64,000 nt of DNA. Source: Phaeosaccion multiseriatum (Eukaryota > Protista > Ochrophyta, other classes). Each line of letters opens with the position of its first letter. The first letter of the stretch is position 1. Shown here piece after piece: positions 37,540-50,650 of the stretch. The DNA lies in contig OZ218950.1 in assembly GCA_965112735.1 (NCBI GenBank), forward strand, positions 3,348,001 through 3,412,000, read 5' to 3'. The notes below the pieces were generated by a model, which worked only from the letters and a program-made list of their open reading frames with translations, was not told the origin of the DNA and searched no databases. The position numbers and the translations under genes are program-made.

Positions 37540-39359
37540 TCAGTCGCACTCCCCCTCTGCCCGCCGGAGCGGCTTTCCTTGAGTCAAATCCCACAGCCCC
37601 ATGAAGCGATCGTCCTGCCCGTCGCGGTACAGCCTCTCGGGGTCTCTGAGACAGTAGGGCCGCTTGAACAAGTTGATGCGGTGCCCCAGTGCAAGCATGT
37701 AGTCCTCGTCGTTCTCCGACTCGCGGAGGTGCGTGGACAGCATCACCAGGCGGGCGCCGCTGGCCTCTATATTGGCCAGAGTGGCCAGGTTGGACACCGG
37801 AGACTGGTGGTACATTAGGTCTCGCACAAAGAGAAGGTCGACCGCGGGCAGCAGCAGGGGTTGTTCTGATGGAAACAACAGCGCCGCCCCCTCTTCTTTT
37901 GCTTCCTCTCGCTCTTGCGCTTGCGGCTGCTGCTGCCCGGCCTCGTCCTTCGGGGCCACCGCCGCCTGCAGATGCTCTCTATTCAAGAGGTCAAGCTGGA
38001 TGAAGTGAAACCCTCCCTGACTTGTTCCCTTGTTATGGCCGCCGCCCACACCACCTCCTGTTGGAGGCGTGCTGCCTGGCTCGTTCTCCAGCAGCTGGCG
38101 ATTGCGCTGGATCACCAGGTTAGACACATCTCCACCCGTGTAGTACGCCCCCTGGAGGTCCACCTGATATAAAGGGGAGGAAGGACAAAGGTGGGCTGGT
38201 GAGAAGACAAGGCGGCAATCGAAGAGCGGGTCTGCAATCCGTTCCTGGCGAGGGTCTCGATTAGAAGAGACAACAAGCCAAAGAAGGAACGCGCAAACCC
38301 TCAAACTACAGAAGGAAAACGCAGAAACGCCCCCGTCTTTTGGAGCATCTTGCTGTGTGGAGCGCCATTCATTCCTACTCACGTACTGCATCCACGTCAT
38401 GTCTCCGCAGGGAGCGTCCAAGATTCGCCTGACTCCGGTCTGCAGGGAGGGGGGTGAGGGCGCCAACCGAGGGCAAAGGCGAATGGAAAGGGTTTCGTGT
38501 AAATCAGTGCAGGGGAGGTTCAGGGGAGGCGAGGACTCTTTTCGTCCTCGACATTCATCACCAAGGCCAGGGAGTGGACACCCCTCACCTCTCTAATAAC
38601 CTCTTCCAGGGCCCGTCTGATGTTGGCGGTGTAGGCCAGCGTTGATCCTGAGCCGCTAGACACCGCCTCGCCGGCCTGCCGAGACCACACCCCGTACTGA
38701 TAAATGCTATCAAAGAACGAGGAGCGGAGTGCAGATGCAGACGCCTCCTCGTCACGAACGACGCCATCGAGTTCCCCAGCTCCTGTTGCTTTATTTCCTT
38801 CTGGGCAGCTCCCAGCGACGCCCGTCGAGGCAGAAGCTCCGGCGATGTTCAGGACCCTTTCTCCCCAAGGGTCCTCCTCCGAGTAGGCGAGGAAGAAGTC
38901 CACGGAGGTGCTGTTCAGCACGCTGCTGTTGCCACTCTCCACGCTGACGACCAGGCTGTACCAGTCCCCGGGGAGGAGGCTGGCCGGGTCAATGGCCACC
39001 GCACTATCCTCCTCCTCTTCGACGAGCAGGGCACACCCTTTGCTGTACACCGCTGCCACTGATGAGTCCGTACTCCCCGTTTCATCCCGCTCTTTCCGCT
39101 GAACAACAGCGAAGCACTTCCGCGCCCCGTCGAGTAAGAGACGCCTCTCAGGCTCAGGCAGGTCGTCGCCGCCCCCTTGTTCCAGCGCCAGGCGCACAGC
39201 TTCCGTCGAGTACTTCACTGCCAAAGGCTCCCAACTAGCCACCCAAGAGTTAGACAGGGGCTCACTGACCTCGATGGCGGGAATCGTCCCTACCAGTGCC
39301 CGAACCAGCAATGGCACACCCAGCAGCGAGACGAGACGCAGCCGACATGGCATCCACAT
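37540..39359 (-). CDS. Class I SAM-dependent methyltransferase-like protein with N-terminal signal peptide, 3 exons
   Basis: FDSIYQYGVW..SGSGSTLAYT, ILDAPCGDMTWM, YTGGDVS, DLLFVRDLMYH; leader RLVSLLGVPLLVRALVG. Confidence 0.8.
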
Positions 39360-40722
39360 CCCGCCAGATCCTCCCAACGGATCCTCACATTTCAGCCCCC
39401 AAACTCTCGCCCCACAGCTCCTTCACGCGCACTTTCAGCTATCCATACCCTAGATCTCGGTGTAAAACCTTCTGCTCTCGAAGATCTTCACCTTTGATGC
39501 TCTGTAGCGTGCACACTCCCCTATCTCTTCTCTGCGAGGCAAGGCTCTTGTGTTTCCAGTATTGCACCCATTGACATATTCTCTGGGACGCACCCCCTCG
39601 GGTTTTTTTTTTGGGGCCAAGCCAGCCCATCTCAAGCTCCTGACTTAGGTTTAGCAGCAGACAGGCAGGAAGGTAAGAGCTTCATGACTGACGGGGAGGG
39701 AAGAAGAAGGCGAGGCGCTGGGCGTAGTGCGTCTTGCTTGGTCTCCCCTCCCTTCGTTTGTTCTCGACTTGTTTTTCCCCAGGGACAGGAGGGAGTGAAG
39801 GAGGAGGACGAGGAGGAGGAAAGGAGGAGCAGCAGAGGGAGGGGATGGCGTGGCCGCACTCCCTGATTTTCATGCAAGAGGGGATCCTCCCGCGATGGAT
39901 GAGAGAGAAGGTCGGAGGCTGCAGAGTTTCCTTGCGGTCCAGTTTCGCGTTGCCGGATGGAGGGGTGGGGCGTGACGAGAAAGACGGGCTGCGCTCGTAT
40001 TGGGCAGCTCGTAACACCCGGGGAGCTTAACGATGATGAGGGAAGGCGGGACAGGAGAGGGCTACTCAAGTGGGAAGTCGATGGGAGGGTTTGCTCGTGG
40101 TTGGGAAGGGACAGGACCAAATGCTGGTGATGCGACGGGTGTTGGAGATGGGTCGCTTCGATTTTCTGCCAACGCGTCAATCTCCCAGCGTCAGCTGACG
40201 TCTCTCTCAGGATGAAACCACCCTTCAGATGGTGCTACACATTTCCGATGGCTGGTGTCGTGTTGGGGAGGCAATTAGCTGTTCTCGTGTTGGGAGGGCG
40301 AAGTGCAGCTGGGGGTGGTGGGAGAGCTGGAAGAGGATAAGAGACTGAAGCAAGGCGACCCCCAGGGAATCACCTCCTTTGGCAAGGACTGAAGGGAGAG
40401 CAGAGAAGCGCCATAGTTATGAACTATGTTTCTTCACGCCACCGAAGGATCGACGGCTTGGCCTGTCAGAGTCAAATGTTATGAAGAGTACCACACTAAC
40501 GCGGTGTGGCAAAATCAGCAGCTTGGGCTACTTTATAGTTGACTCTGCGGCGCATAATTGTCTTTGTGGGGGGCTTCTGGTACAGAGGCGTACCTACGAC
40601 TGCTGCGAACGACACCCCCATTCTCCCGACTCTTTCCATCGTACCTTCCTACCTCCCTTCTTCATCCTGATCTCCCCCCCCCCCACCCCATGTCTCTCTC
40701 TATCTCTGTGTGTGTGTTGCAG

Positions 40723-41732
40723 ATGGTGAACGTGCCTAAGGAGAGGCGGACTTTCTGCAAGAGCAAGAAGTGCCGCAAGCACACGTCGCACAAGGTGACG
40801 CAGTACAAGGCTGGAAAGGCTTCCAACTTTGCCCAGGTGAGTACGCGCCCTCCAACTCAGCAGTCCTAATGCAGGACAACGATGGCTCATAGTGGGTAGT
40901 GAATGGCCAAAGCGCTTGTGGCAGCAAAAAGTCAATGCAACTATCTGAGAGGAACCCTCTGCCTGGACCTCTTTCCCCTCTCTCTTGTCCACCCCTGTCT
41001 CTCTCTCCATGCGCCCTCTCTCACATGCACATCCTTTCTTCTTCCTCCTTCAAAATTCAACTTCAATCCATTGAATGGGTCAAATCATGCAGGGAAAGCG
41101 CCGTTACGATGAGAAGCAGATGGGTTTCGGAGGGCAGACCAAGCCCATCTTCCACAAGAAGGTACGTGTCTCGGGTCGGGGGTCTGGGGCTCTCGTCACT
41201 CAGTCAGCCTTCCAGCAGTGGTCAGTGGCCTTGCTTCTGTGATGGCCGTCTTGTCGTCGCAGTGGTGGAGTGTTTGGGGTGGCGGTTACATGTCGGACTT
41301 GTCTCTGCCATTCGCCATTCGTTTGGTTTGGCGGTGGTGCAGTGCAGTGTAGCGTGAGCCGGTGTGGGCAGTGAGGGCGGACGCCTTCTATACATGCAAG
41401 GAGTCGGGAAAAGGAAGTGGGGGATTTTCACGCAATCGTACGATACAGGTCGATGAGAGCAGCAGGCCGGAGCTTGTTGCTTGGCTGAGAGAGTGGCGCA
41501 GCGGCTGACAGGCCCACTACACTTCCCCTCTATCCTATCCCTCCACTAACAAGTGTCTGTCTTCTGTGATGGTATGCTAATATGAATATATGACCAACAG
41601 GCCAAGACCACGAAGAAGGTGACGATCAGATTGGAGTGCAAGGAATGCAAGGCCAAGAAGCAGCTCGTCCTCAAGCGATGCAAGCACTTCGAGCTGGGAG
41701 AGAAGAAGAAGTCCACCGGCCATCAGTACTAA
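40723..41732 (+). CDS. RPL44: 60S ribosomal protein eL42 (L44/L36a), 3 coding exons
   Basis: [87 protein letters not shown]; ATG directly after an acceptor AG, implying a 5'-UTR intron (candidate donor GTAAGA at 39673). Confidence 0.97.
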
Positions 41733-42098
41733 GCCATCATCTTCCATCTGTTGGTGTTGTTGTGCGAGGGCGGGCCAGACGCGTCGGGTCAGGCCATGGC
41801 ATACGATTGCCCCATTGTGCGTCGTGTGGCGCAGTAGAGAGGGGGAGGGAGGGAGGCGTTTGCCGGCGTGCTGGACGGACACATCTCCGTTCCTCCGTGT
41901 CGGAGTGCCATCTCCACGCTGCCGCTCTTTTTGTCTTATCGCTCGCTGTCAGCAGTAGCAGGAGGCGCAGGCGCAGCAGAGTAAACCGCAAATGAAAGGA
42001 GTACGAGTAACCAGCTTGGGATTTGGATTTTTTTTCTCCCATGACAGAATCATTGTATGTATGTGACACGGCTCGGTTGAGCGCAGTCTCACGTCTGA

Positions 42099-45000
42099 TT
42101 AAGCGGGGCGCAGGCTCTTCTTTTTGCCTTTGGCCCTCTCTAGGCGAAAGGGAGACGGGGAAGGACCTGTGCCCTTCCTCGCCTCGCCGCTCGGGGGGGC
42201 GTATGTCCGCTGCACTTTAGGGCGTGCCTTGCGGCCGATGCTGTCACCGCTGCTGCTGTGCTGCTTGGTACCATCGCTGCTAGCACCGCTGCTGTTGCCA
42301 CCGAGGCCACCAGTCAGGGGTTGTTGTAGCTTAAATACCCGCTTGCTCCTTTCCCCCGTTTCAGCAACACTGCGGCTGCTGAGCCCACCGAGGCCACTAC
42401 TTACGCTATCCTCGATAGACTCGGCAGAGGGGTCCTCCTCACAATGGGACTGCCCATTGCTGCGATTCCAGATGAGACCCTTTGCGTTTGGCTTTGGTTT
42501 GGTGTTACCAGCAGCAGCCGCCGCAGCGGCAGCAGCAGCAGCAGCACCAAGAGGAGAAGATGGGCCATCTCTGCTGCTGCGGTTACTGCTGCTTGTACCA
42601 AGAGAAGACAGGCCCTCTCTATTGCTGCTGCTCCGTCCTTGGCTGAGACCAACCGCGATCCATGCAGGAACTGTCGAACCACGCCTTGGTGCCCCGGCGT
42701 CCGTTGAGTCATTCCCCTCCTCCTCCTTGGCGTCATCGCTGGAGCTGCCGTGCCCCGTCTCCATCGCCATCTCTCCATTGCTATCATCACCATCACCGTC
42801 CTCGTCGTCGTCGTCCGTATGCTCGCCTCTCCGTGTGCGTGTGTGTGTGTGTGCCCCCGTGTCCCGATCACCAAAGCTCAGCAGCGACTCAAACCCTCCG
42901 TGTTCCGCTCCGTGCGCTGCAGCAGTAGTGGCCGAAGCAGCAGCAGTAGCAGGAGCGGCCGCCGCGGCAGCCGTCTCAGCTCTCCCCTCGTCGCTCCCAA
43001 CACGCGGGCCCGCAAACAGCCAAGACCGCTGCACAAACGAGGACCCAGCAGCAGCAGCAGCAGCAGGAGCAGCAGCAGCAGCGGAAGCTGTGCTGAGCCC
43101 GTCATCTGTTGCACTGGCTGCGGAAAGAGAAGTACTGGCGGGAGCGACAGTGGCTTGGGCCCGGCCATGAGTCTCTGCCTGTACTTTCGCCTTTGCCTCT
43201 GCTGCTGCTGCTGCTGCTGCTACTGCCGCTGCTTCCGCCGTCTTCCTCTCATCCTCCGCCGCCTCTCTCTCGTCCTCTACGTCCTTGATGTCCTGCATAA
43301 GTGAGAGCAGGGGAAGGGCGCCCTCCCTGGTCAGCACGCCCGTGTGCTTCTGTAACGACATGAAGGCCCCCAGCACGCGCGTCAAGAGACGGCACTTTCC
43401 TGCGACAACAGTAGCAGACGGGTGGATGGGCAAGGGGAGGGGCATGCAGATATACGTAAGAGCACCAGTTGCGAGAGGTTGTGCGTGGCACCTCCTGCAC
43501 TCACCAGTAATCACTCACACTTACAAACTCTTCCACTCACGCACCCGTCTCACCCACTCACGCACTCACTCACTCCCTCCCTCACTCACTCACTCCCTCC
43601 CTCCCTGCCTCCCTCCCCGATTTACTCACTCTCTCTCTCCCTCCCTCCCTGACTCACTCCCTCACTCACCCTCTGGCAAGGCCTCGATGACGAGATCCCT
43701 CCCCCTGTCCTCCTTCTGCCTCACAACGCAGCCCAGGAGCATGCTGCAATAGCTAGCGAGGGCCAAGTCGTCCGCTTCCGCCTGGGTGAAGCCATCCCCC
43801 TCCGCTTCTTCCTCTCCTCTCCCCCCTCCCCCCCCCCCTCCTTCTTCTCCCTTGTCATTGGGCTTCCCCCTCCCACTCCCCGTTGGTTGTCCACCCCGCT
43901 TGGGTGACGACGATGGCGCCTCTCCTCCGGTCAGTGAGGATACAAGTTCCATGAGGCTCTCGCTCTCCTGGTCTGTTCCTTTCACTGATGCCAGCTGCCG
44001 CAGGCCTCCCGTGTGCCCGTTGCCTTCTCCCCCATCCCCTTCTTTTACAGCCGAATCCTCTCCTTCCTTGATATGCTCCCCATCGTCCTCCTTCTTCCTC
44101 CCCCCCCCCCCCTCCTCCTCCTTCTTTTCCTCCTGCTCCTGCTGTTGCTGCCCCCCTTCTTCCCCTTCCTCCTCGTCCTCGACATCGCGTTGCAGCAGTG
44201 CGTCAAAGGTGTGCACCAATTCCTGCAACAGTTGACACATAAACACGGGTGCCGGCTGCGTGTAGGCAGACGCCACCCCTGTTCCTCTGTGCAGGTCCAG
44301 TTCGGAGGCAGAGAGCATCTCTTCGTCCACCACTCCAGGGATGGGGTGTACAGCACATCCAGAGCAAATCGAAATGGCAGAGAAAGCGGCGGCCTGAGCA
44401 GTGCTGCCGGGAAGCTCCACACAGTTGGCCAACGCTGTTAGAGACAGGACCTGAGGGGGGCGTGCAGAGATTCATTCGGACATTCGACATGCAGTGGATA
44501 AGTGGTGTTTGGATGCCAAGATTGAGGGATGAAGGGGGTCCGTGGGGGGGGGGGGTTGGGAGGGAGGTAGAAGGATGATGATTCGAGGTCAGTCAGTCAT
44601 GCTCGAGGACTCGTTTACTCGTGCCACAATGTGCTTCCAAATCCAAAGTGTTGTAGGGTATACTCCCTTGTCTCCTCGGTGGGGGGGGCGGGGGACTCCT
44701 CTCACCTGAGCGTCAAAGGCCATGGCTTGCGCCGCTTGAAGGCGGGCTCGGCTTATCCTCTTGCCACCGTGGCTCTTGCTGCTGCTCCTGTGCCCTGGGA
44801 GGGCAATGGCCTCGCTGCCTCGGCTCCCCGTACTCTCCTGGCTGAGACTCATATCCCCGAAGGAATCGTAGGCCCGCTCTTCCTCTTCGTCGTCGTCGTC
44901 TTCCTCTACTCGGAGGCCGCTCGCTACTTCACCGTTGGCTCTAATCTTCTCTCCGTCCGCTGTTACTCCTCCTGCTAGTGGTGCTGGTGGTGCTGGTTCA

Positions 45001-46927
45001 ACCTGGCTTCTTCTGCCTGCCTTTTCGTCCTTCGCATTCCCACGCTCGGTTCGTCTGCCATTCGCCGCGGCTAAAGAATCACCACCACCATTGTCAGGAC
45101 CCCTTCCGCCGTCCTTCCCCTCCTCCTCGTCCCCCTCTTCCTCCTCGTCGTCGTCATTCTCGCGGTCGTGTGTAAAGGCGCCGTGGACACCTGCAGTTCC
45201 CCCCCTCGCTCTATTGAAGTGCCCGTTCCAGGCCAAAAAGCACTTGACCAGTGCTGTCAAGCCCCCCTGCTGCTCTATGGCGAGCGTGGCCTTAGTGTTG
45301 TGATGAGACAGATTGACGAGCACGCGCAACGCCCCCAACAAACAATCAGGCACTCGGAAGCTCCGAGCCTCCCGCTCATCGGCATCCTCTGCCCCTCCTC
45401 CTGCCCCTCCTCCACCCCCGAGCCTACCACCGCCATGTCCTCGAGGTCGTGAGGAAGCAGTGCCAGACGAGCGAGGCGGCGAACGGATTCCTTTGGCATT
45501 GGCCTGCTTCCCCCCCCCGGCCCCTTCCCCCAGCAGCAGCTGCGTTGCCCTGGCAATGATGGCCACCGAAGCGTACACCAGCGGTGCCCCTCGGCCTGCT
45601 CCTGTGGCCTTGGCCTGATTGGGAGGGTTCTTAAAAGTGGCCAGGTCCAAAATGCTGAGGCTAATCTCGAGCTGATGGAGAGGGAAAGCGGCACCCATCA
45701 CCCCAAAAGCAGCCAACTCACGCTCGCCATCGTCACCACCACCACCACCGATGACTGGCAGCATGCGAAGCAGGGCGATGCCCGAAATGGCCAGTCCCAT
45801 CAATCGATCCAGAGCTCCACAAGTGCGTAGCTCGTCCAGCACTCTCCGCCGAAGCAACACGACTCCGCCGCCGCTACTTTCGCCCCTTTTCCTCTTCCGA
45901 CGGCGGGCATACGGCGACCTCTGCTCCTGCGAGCTGCCGCCGTCGCCAGCACTGTAAGTAGAACCACTCTCCTGACTGGAAAACGCAGCGCTCCTCTGCT
46001 GAGAGCCACCACCACCCGCGGACCCATTCCCATCCTCTTGAGCGTCCATGTCGTCTGCTCTGAGGCCTCCTTGTCGGTCTCCTTCTTGTCCATGTTGTCC
46101 TTCTTCTTCGTCCTCTTCATTCTCTTCTGCAATGTCTTCCAGCCCCCCCGTCCTCGACCCGCCTGGTCCTGCCCCTACCGACGCCTCGTCGCTCGCCGCG
46201 GTTGCAGCAGAAAGAACATTGGACAGGGCCGCCAGCGCCAAATCGGACGTCGTGAGAAGGGCCCTTCGCACCTTCTGCCGACTCCGCCTAAAGCCCAGGC
46301 CCCACTCCGACAACTCCGTGCTGTCCAGCAGAAGCATGGCCTTGGACGCAATGCCCCCCCCCTCTGCTCCTCCTCCTCCCGTTCTTGCGCGTGAATCGTC
46401 CTCCGGCGCTGCGACTGTGACTTTCGATGCTGCTCTCTTCTTCTTCTTCTTCTTCGCTGGTGCCGCTGATGATGACCCAACCCCACCCCCATCACCCGAG
46501 ACTCTTGACGGACCACCACCCCCTCCTGCTCCGGCCACTTGATCGACCTGTGCTGGTGCTGCTCCTGCTTCTGCTGCACCTCCAGAAGTGGGTAGGACCT
46601 TCTTTAGAGCCTTCTTTACTCCTCTCGCGCGACGTTCACCGAACGCAGAGGCTTGACAAGAAGAAGAAGAGGAAGAAGAAGCCCCTGCTACCACTGGCGA
46701 CGCTTTGGTGGGGGACTTGGCCTTGGGTTTGAATTTCCTCTTCCTCGCCCACCGCTGGGACTGAGCAGACAGCGGTCTCTTCTTGCCCGACCCCGTCTGT
46801 TGTTGCTCCTGCTCCTGCTCCTCGTCCTCCTCTTCCCCGTGGCGCTTTCCCTCACCATTCTCATCACGAGGAGAAACAGGCGCAGCAGCACCAGCAGCAG
46901 CAGCCCCATCTTCCTCGCCGCCAACAC

Positions 46928-46978
<51 letters not shown>

Positions 46979-48479
46979 CATCATCACTACTTTGAGTCCT
47001 TCCGCCGTGGTCGCCTACGTGCACCCCTCGCCTCTCCTCCCCGGAAAGCAGCACCACAGGCAGCAGCGGCGCAAGCGCTTTAATCACCCCTTTCCGACTC
47101 AGGGCCAAGGCACACGTCGGGTCTTTGGAGAGCCAAAACACCGCCATGGTCAGGCAAAACAGCACTTGCTCGTCGGGGAGACCTGCTTCCGCTGCTCCTG
47201 CTGCTCCTACTGGACCTGAGGCCTTGATGAGGAGCCCGATCACCTCCCCCGAAAGCGCCGCTAGTGCCCCAGATGCAGCAGCCGTGGCTGATCGCGGCTT
47301 CCTCCCGGCCGGCGGGAGCATAAGCCCGCTGTTGGACTCTGAGGAAGAGCCCACCGCGTCGGACATTCCGGACGAAGAGTGAAGGGAGGGCAAGAGCTGC
47401 TGCTCGCCGGATGAGCCCACGCCGTACCCTCCTGGTGCTGCTGCTCCTGCTGCTGATGATGATGGCAGGCTCGACAACTTGGACTTGGCGACTGATGACG
47501 AGGTGAAGGTGGAGGAGGAGGAGCAGGACGAAGAAGAGACGGAGGAAGAGCCGCCTCTGCTGGGGAATAGATGCGAGCGACATGCTCGTGCAAGCTCAAG
47601 AGCCGAGTTCCGAGCAGCAGGGCCTTCACCCTTCACATCGTGGATCAGGAACTGCATTGCATCGCTTTGCCACGTGGAAGCACCTGATTCCGTCAGTTCC
47701 AGGATAGAACACTCGGCCTAACAGACGCGGTGTGTGTGCGTATATGATACGAAGAGAGAGGCACACAGAGGGTTTACGTGTGTGGGGCGGAGAAGGGGCG
47801 GGGGGTGGGGGGCGGAAAGATTGAGGGAAGGACAAACGAGGGGAAACAAGCGGATATCAATGACACGGCAAGGGATAAGGTTAATTTTCAGACGCGCAGA
47901 GAGAAAGCGAGTAACACCACCAAGTCCAAATAAGCAAGACGCGTACCAAGCGTCGATGGGAGGCCCCGAGACTCATGCCACATTGACGAGCTCGAGGCCG
48001 CCTTTGCACATTGGTTTCGATTCAAGCGAGAGGCGAGTAGAAGACGGCAACAAAGAGAACACTTGCCGAAAGCTTCGAGCATTCTCGCGCACCTGTTGGC
48101 TATCGGGTTGACTGGAACTGAAGTACTCGACGCCCTCCCTGTCTCTGGACCTCGAGCAACTCGATGACAGAGAGTTTGAGCCTGACTGAGAGCTTGACTG
48201 GGAGCTTGACGATCGTGCTGCCGCGGATACTGCACCCAGAGGCCTCTTTCTACTACTGCCTGCTCTGTTGCTACTGCTACTGAAGCTGGCGCCTATCCCT
48301 GCTGACGCTGCTGCTCCCTCTCCTCGGGGAAGGTCAATTCGGCCCTGGCGTTCATCGTACCCCGTCGTCCCTTGGGGCTGCCCACCTTCCAGACCAACTG
48401 AGTAGCCAATAGGCCTCGGCTGATCGAGCGGGTCCCTACGACGCCCGTAAGTTCTCAGCTTGCCCGGGGGGGCGGCCAT
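42099..48479 (-). CDS. WAPL: Cohesin release factor WAPL with many low-complexity insertions, ~4 exons
   Basis: N-terminal LRTYGRR motif; DCLLGALRVLVNLSHHN; FDAQ/VLSLTALANCVE; ASYCSMLLGCVV; LTRVLGAFMSLQ. Confidence 0.82.
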
Positions 48480-48853
48480 GCTCTCGTAGCCTTCACCCAA
48501 TCGCTGGAAGGCTTACTCGAATTTGAGAGAGAAGAAGAGAAATGGCAGAGAACGCGAATAGTATATATAATGGGACGGAAGCTGTGGATAAAAGCCAGTG
48601 CGACCACGAGTGGAAGCAAGTTTCCTCCTTCTTTTTTCCGCTGCGACTTGCCCCGTTTTGTTAACGCGCCCAGGGCGGCGGCGCCAACGAGATGAAATCA
48701 AAATGCTTACAGCTGGCAACCGCAAATCACCAACATGCAGATCAGGAAAGGACGGGGTCGTGATTGCCCGACATCGTTGCTCTTGCCGTAGTGACGCCTT
48801 GCCTTGCACAATTGCGATGCCTTGAAGACAAATCGCCCTTGCCATTGTGTCCC

Positions 48854-50570
48854 ATGGGGTGGGAGAGACGGAGAAGGCGTTCTGCCATGGTCCCTGCCAT
48901 TCTTCTCGCGGTCTTGAGCGCCCTGTTGCTCTGCATTAGAATTGCAGCATCAAGCCCCCCTCTCGCGCGAAGCAGGGGTTTACGACCCGATAAATTGACC
49001 GCGGTATTTCAAGCAAAGATTCAGACCTTTACCGAGACGATTTATGGTGCAAAGCAGCATATCTTGGCAGGAGCAATTGCCAGAGGTGTGTGTGGTGAGA
49101 GAGAACAGGGGGTTGTTCGCCGCGCTATCGGGCGGACTGCAAGTGTTGCCCATACCGCACCCCCGAATCTCTGATCACTGTATTCTTCGACTCCGCTGCT
49201 GCTTCATGCTGCTGCTGCTGCTGCTGCTGCTACTTCTCATCGAAAAAGGTGTCTCCATTTTCGCCATGTATCCGTTGGACACGATAACCACTCGCTCCCA
49301 AGTAGCGGTGTCGAGCGCAAGTGGTCACACGTGGGCGTCTTTGCTGGCGGGAGGAAACTTGTATGCAGGCGTCTTCGGCTCGCTACTGGGGCAGATCCCT
49401 TACGGAATGTTAACGTTCGGCAGCTACGAGATGATCAAGGGCTCTCTGGTGACTCGATTCTGCTCCGCCACGCGCCCAGGTACGGTGGATACGATGCGTG
49501 ACAGGCCGGTTCGGAGGCTTGTGGTCTTTCTCTCGGCCGCGGTGCTGGGTGATGCTGTCGGCTGCGTTTGGCTCGTGCCGACGGAGGTGGTGAAGCTTCA
49601 GCTGCAGACAGGAAAGTACAAGAGCCTGGGGCATGCTGTCACCGCCATTTGGAGCTCCAGTGGCATCCAAGGCTTCTACAACGGGTACGAGGATGGAATG
49701 ATGGCACGCGAAAACTCCATGTATACTTCGCACTTCTCTCCCTCCTCCTCTCAGGTCGTGCCTGGTTGACCTTGACTCTGATTCTCGCCTTTCCTTTTCA
49801 ACCTCTCCAACCCCACCCAAAGCTTCGGGGCCCAAATCGCCCGAGACGCGCCCTTTCGCGCCGTCCAAATGATGGCATACGAGCTCCTTAAGGGCTGTTA
49901 CATCACCAAACAGCGGCGGCAGGAACAGGAGCAGCAGCAACAGCAGCAGGAGTATCCCCAGGACTACCTGGAGGCTGAAGCCGATATCCCCCCCTCTAGC
50001 GGCAGAAGAGAGTTCACTTTCCCCAGCTGGCGGCGGCGACGGCGGCGTAACAGCCCTAATGCACGCCTCCCACCCTCTTTGGTGCGCAAAGCAGGACAAG
50101 CAGAGCAAGGACAGCGTGCGGAGCCTGCAGATGTGGCCGGACTGGCCGCGACGGTGTTGGGAGCCTTGGCAGGTACGGTAAGCGCTACTGTGACGTGCCC
50201 TCTTGCAGTGGCCCGTGCCAGGGTAATGACGGGGGGAGGAGCGGGAGGAGGAGCAGGGGGAGGCGCGTGGGCAACGCTTGTGGAGGTGTCGCAAGCAGAG
50301 GGGTGGAAGGGGCTATTCTCTGGCCTCGTTCCAAGAGTGGTTTACATTGCTCCATCTGTGGCCATCTTTTTCTTCACTTATGAAGAAGTGAAACGTTTAC
50401 TGGGCAGAACGGAGACAGCCAGCGCTAATGCAGCGGCAGCGGCAGGAGCAGCATCAGCACCAGAAGTAGTGCCGGGGATAGTGGACGAGGAAGAGGGTGG
50501 CGGCGTCGTGAAGAGGAGCTCCTGGGGTCTAGACTTTCGGAAACCCTCTCCCGCAGTCAAAGTCGTGTAG
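48854..50570 (+). CDS. Mitochondrial carrier family (SLC25) protein, SAM-carrier-like, with N-terminal hydrophobic leader, 3 exons
   Basis: Three carrier motifs YPLDTITTR, VPTEVVKLQ, CPLAVARAR; QIARDAPF; GLVPRVVYIAP. Confidence 0.9.
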
Positions 50571-50650
50571 CTCGAGCGTCAAATACTTCATTCCGTTGTA
50601 CTTACGCCGCTTTGACTGTGGGGCTGGTGTGTACACTATGTACATTGTCG

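Noticed and set aside
41445-41515. Possible C/D snoRNA in eL42 intron 2 (TCGATGA..CTGA..CTGA)
   Set aside because: The C box is imperfect, the terminal stem is weak, and I recognise no rRNA-complementary guide.
42124-47219. Long plus-strand ORFs opposite WAPL, and similar ones opposite other genes
   Set aside because: GC-rich antisense shadows of low-complexity coding sequence.
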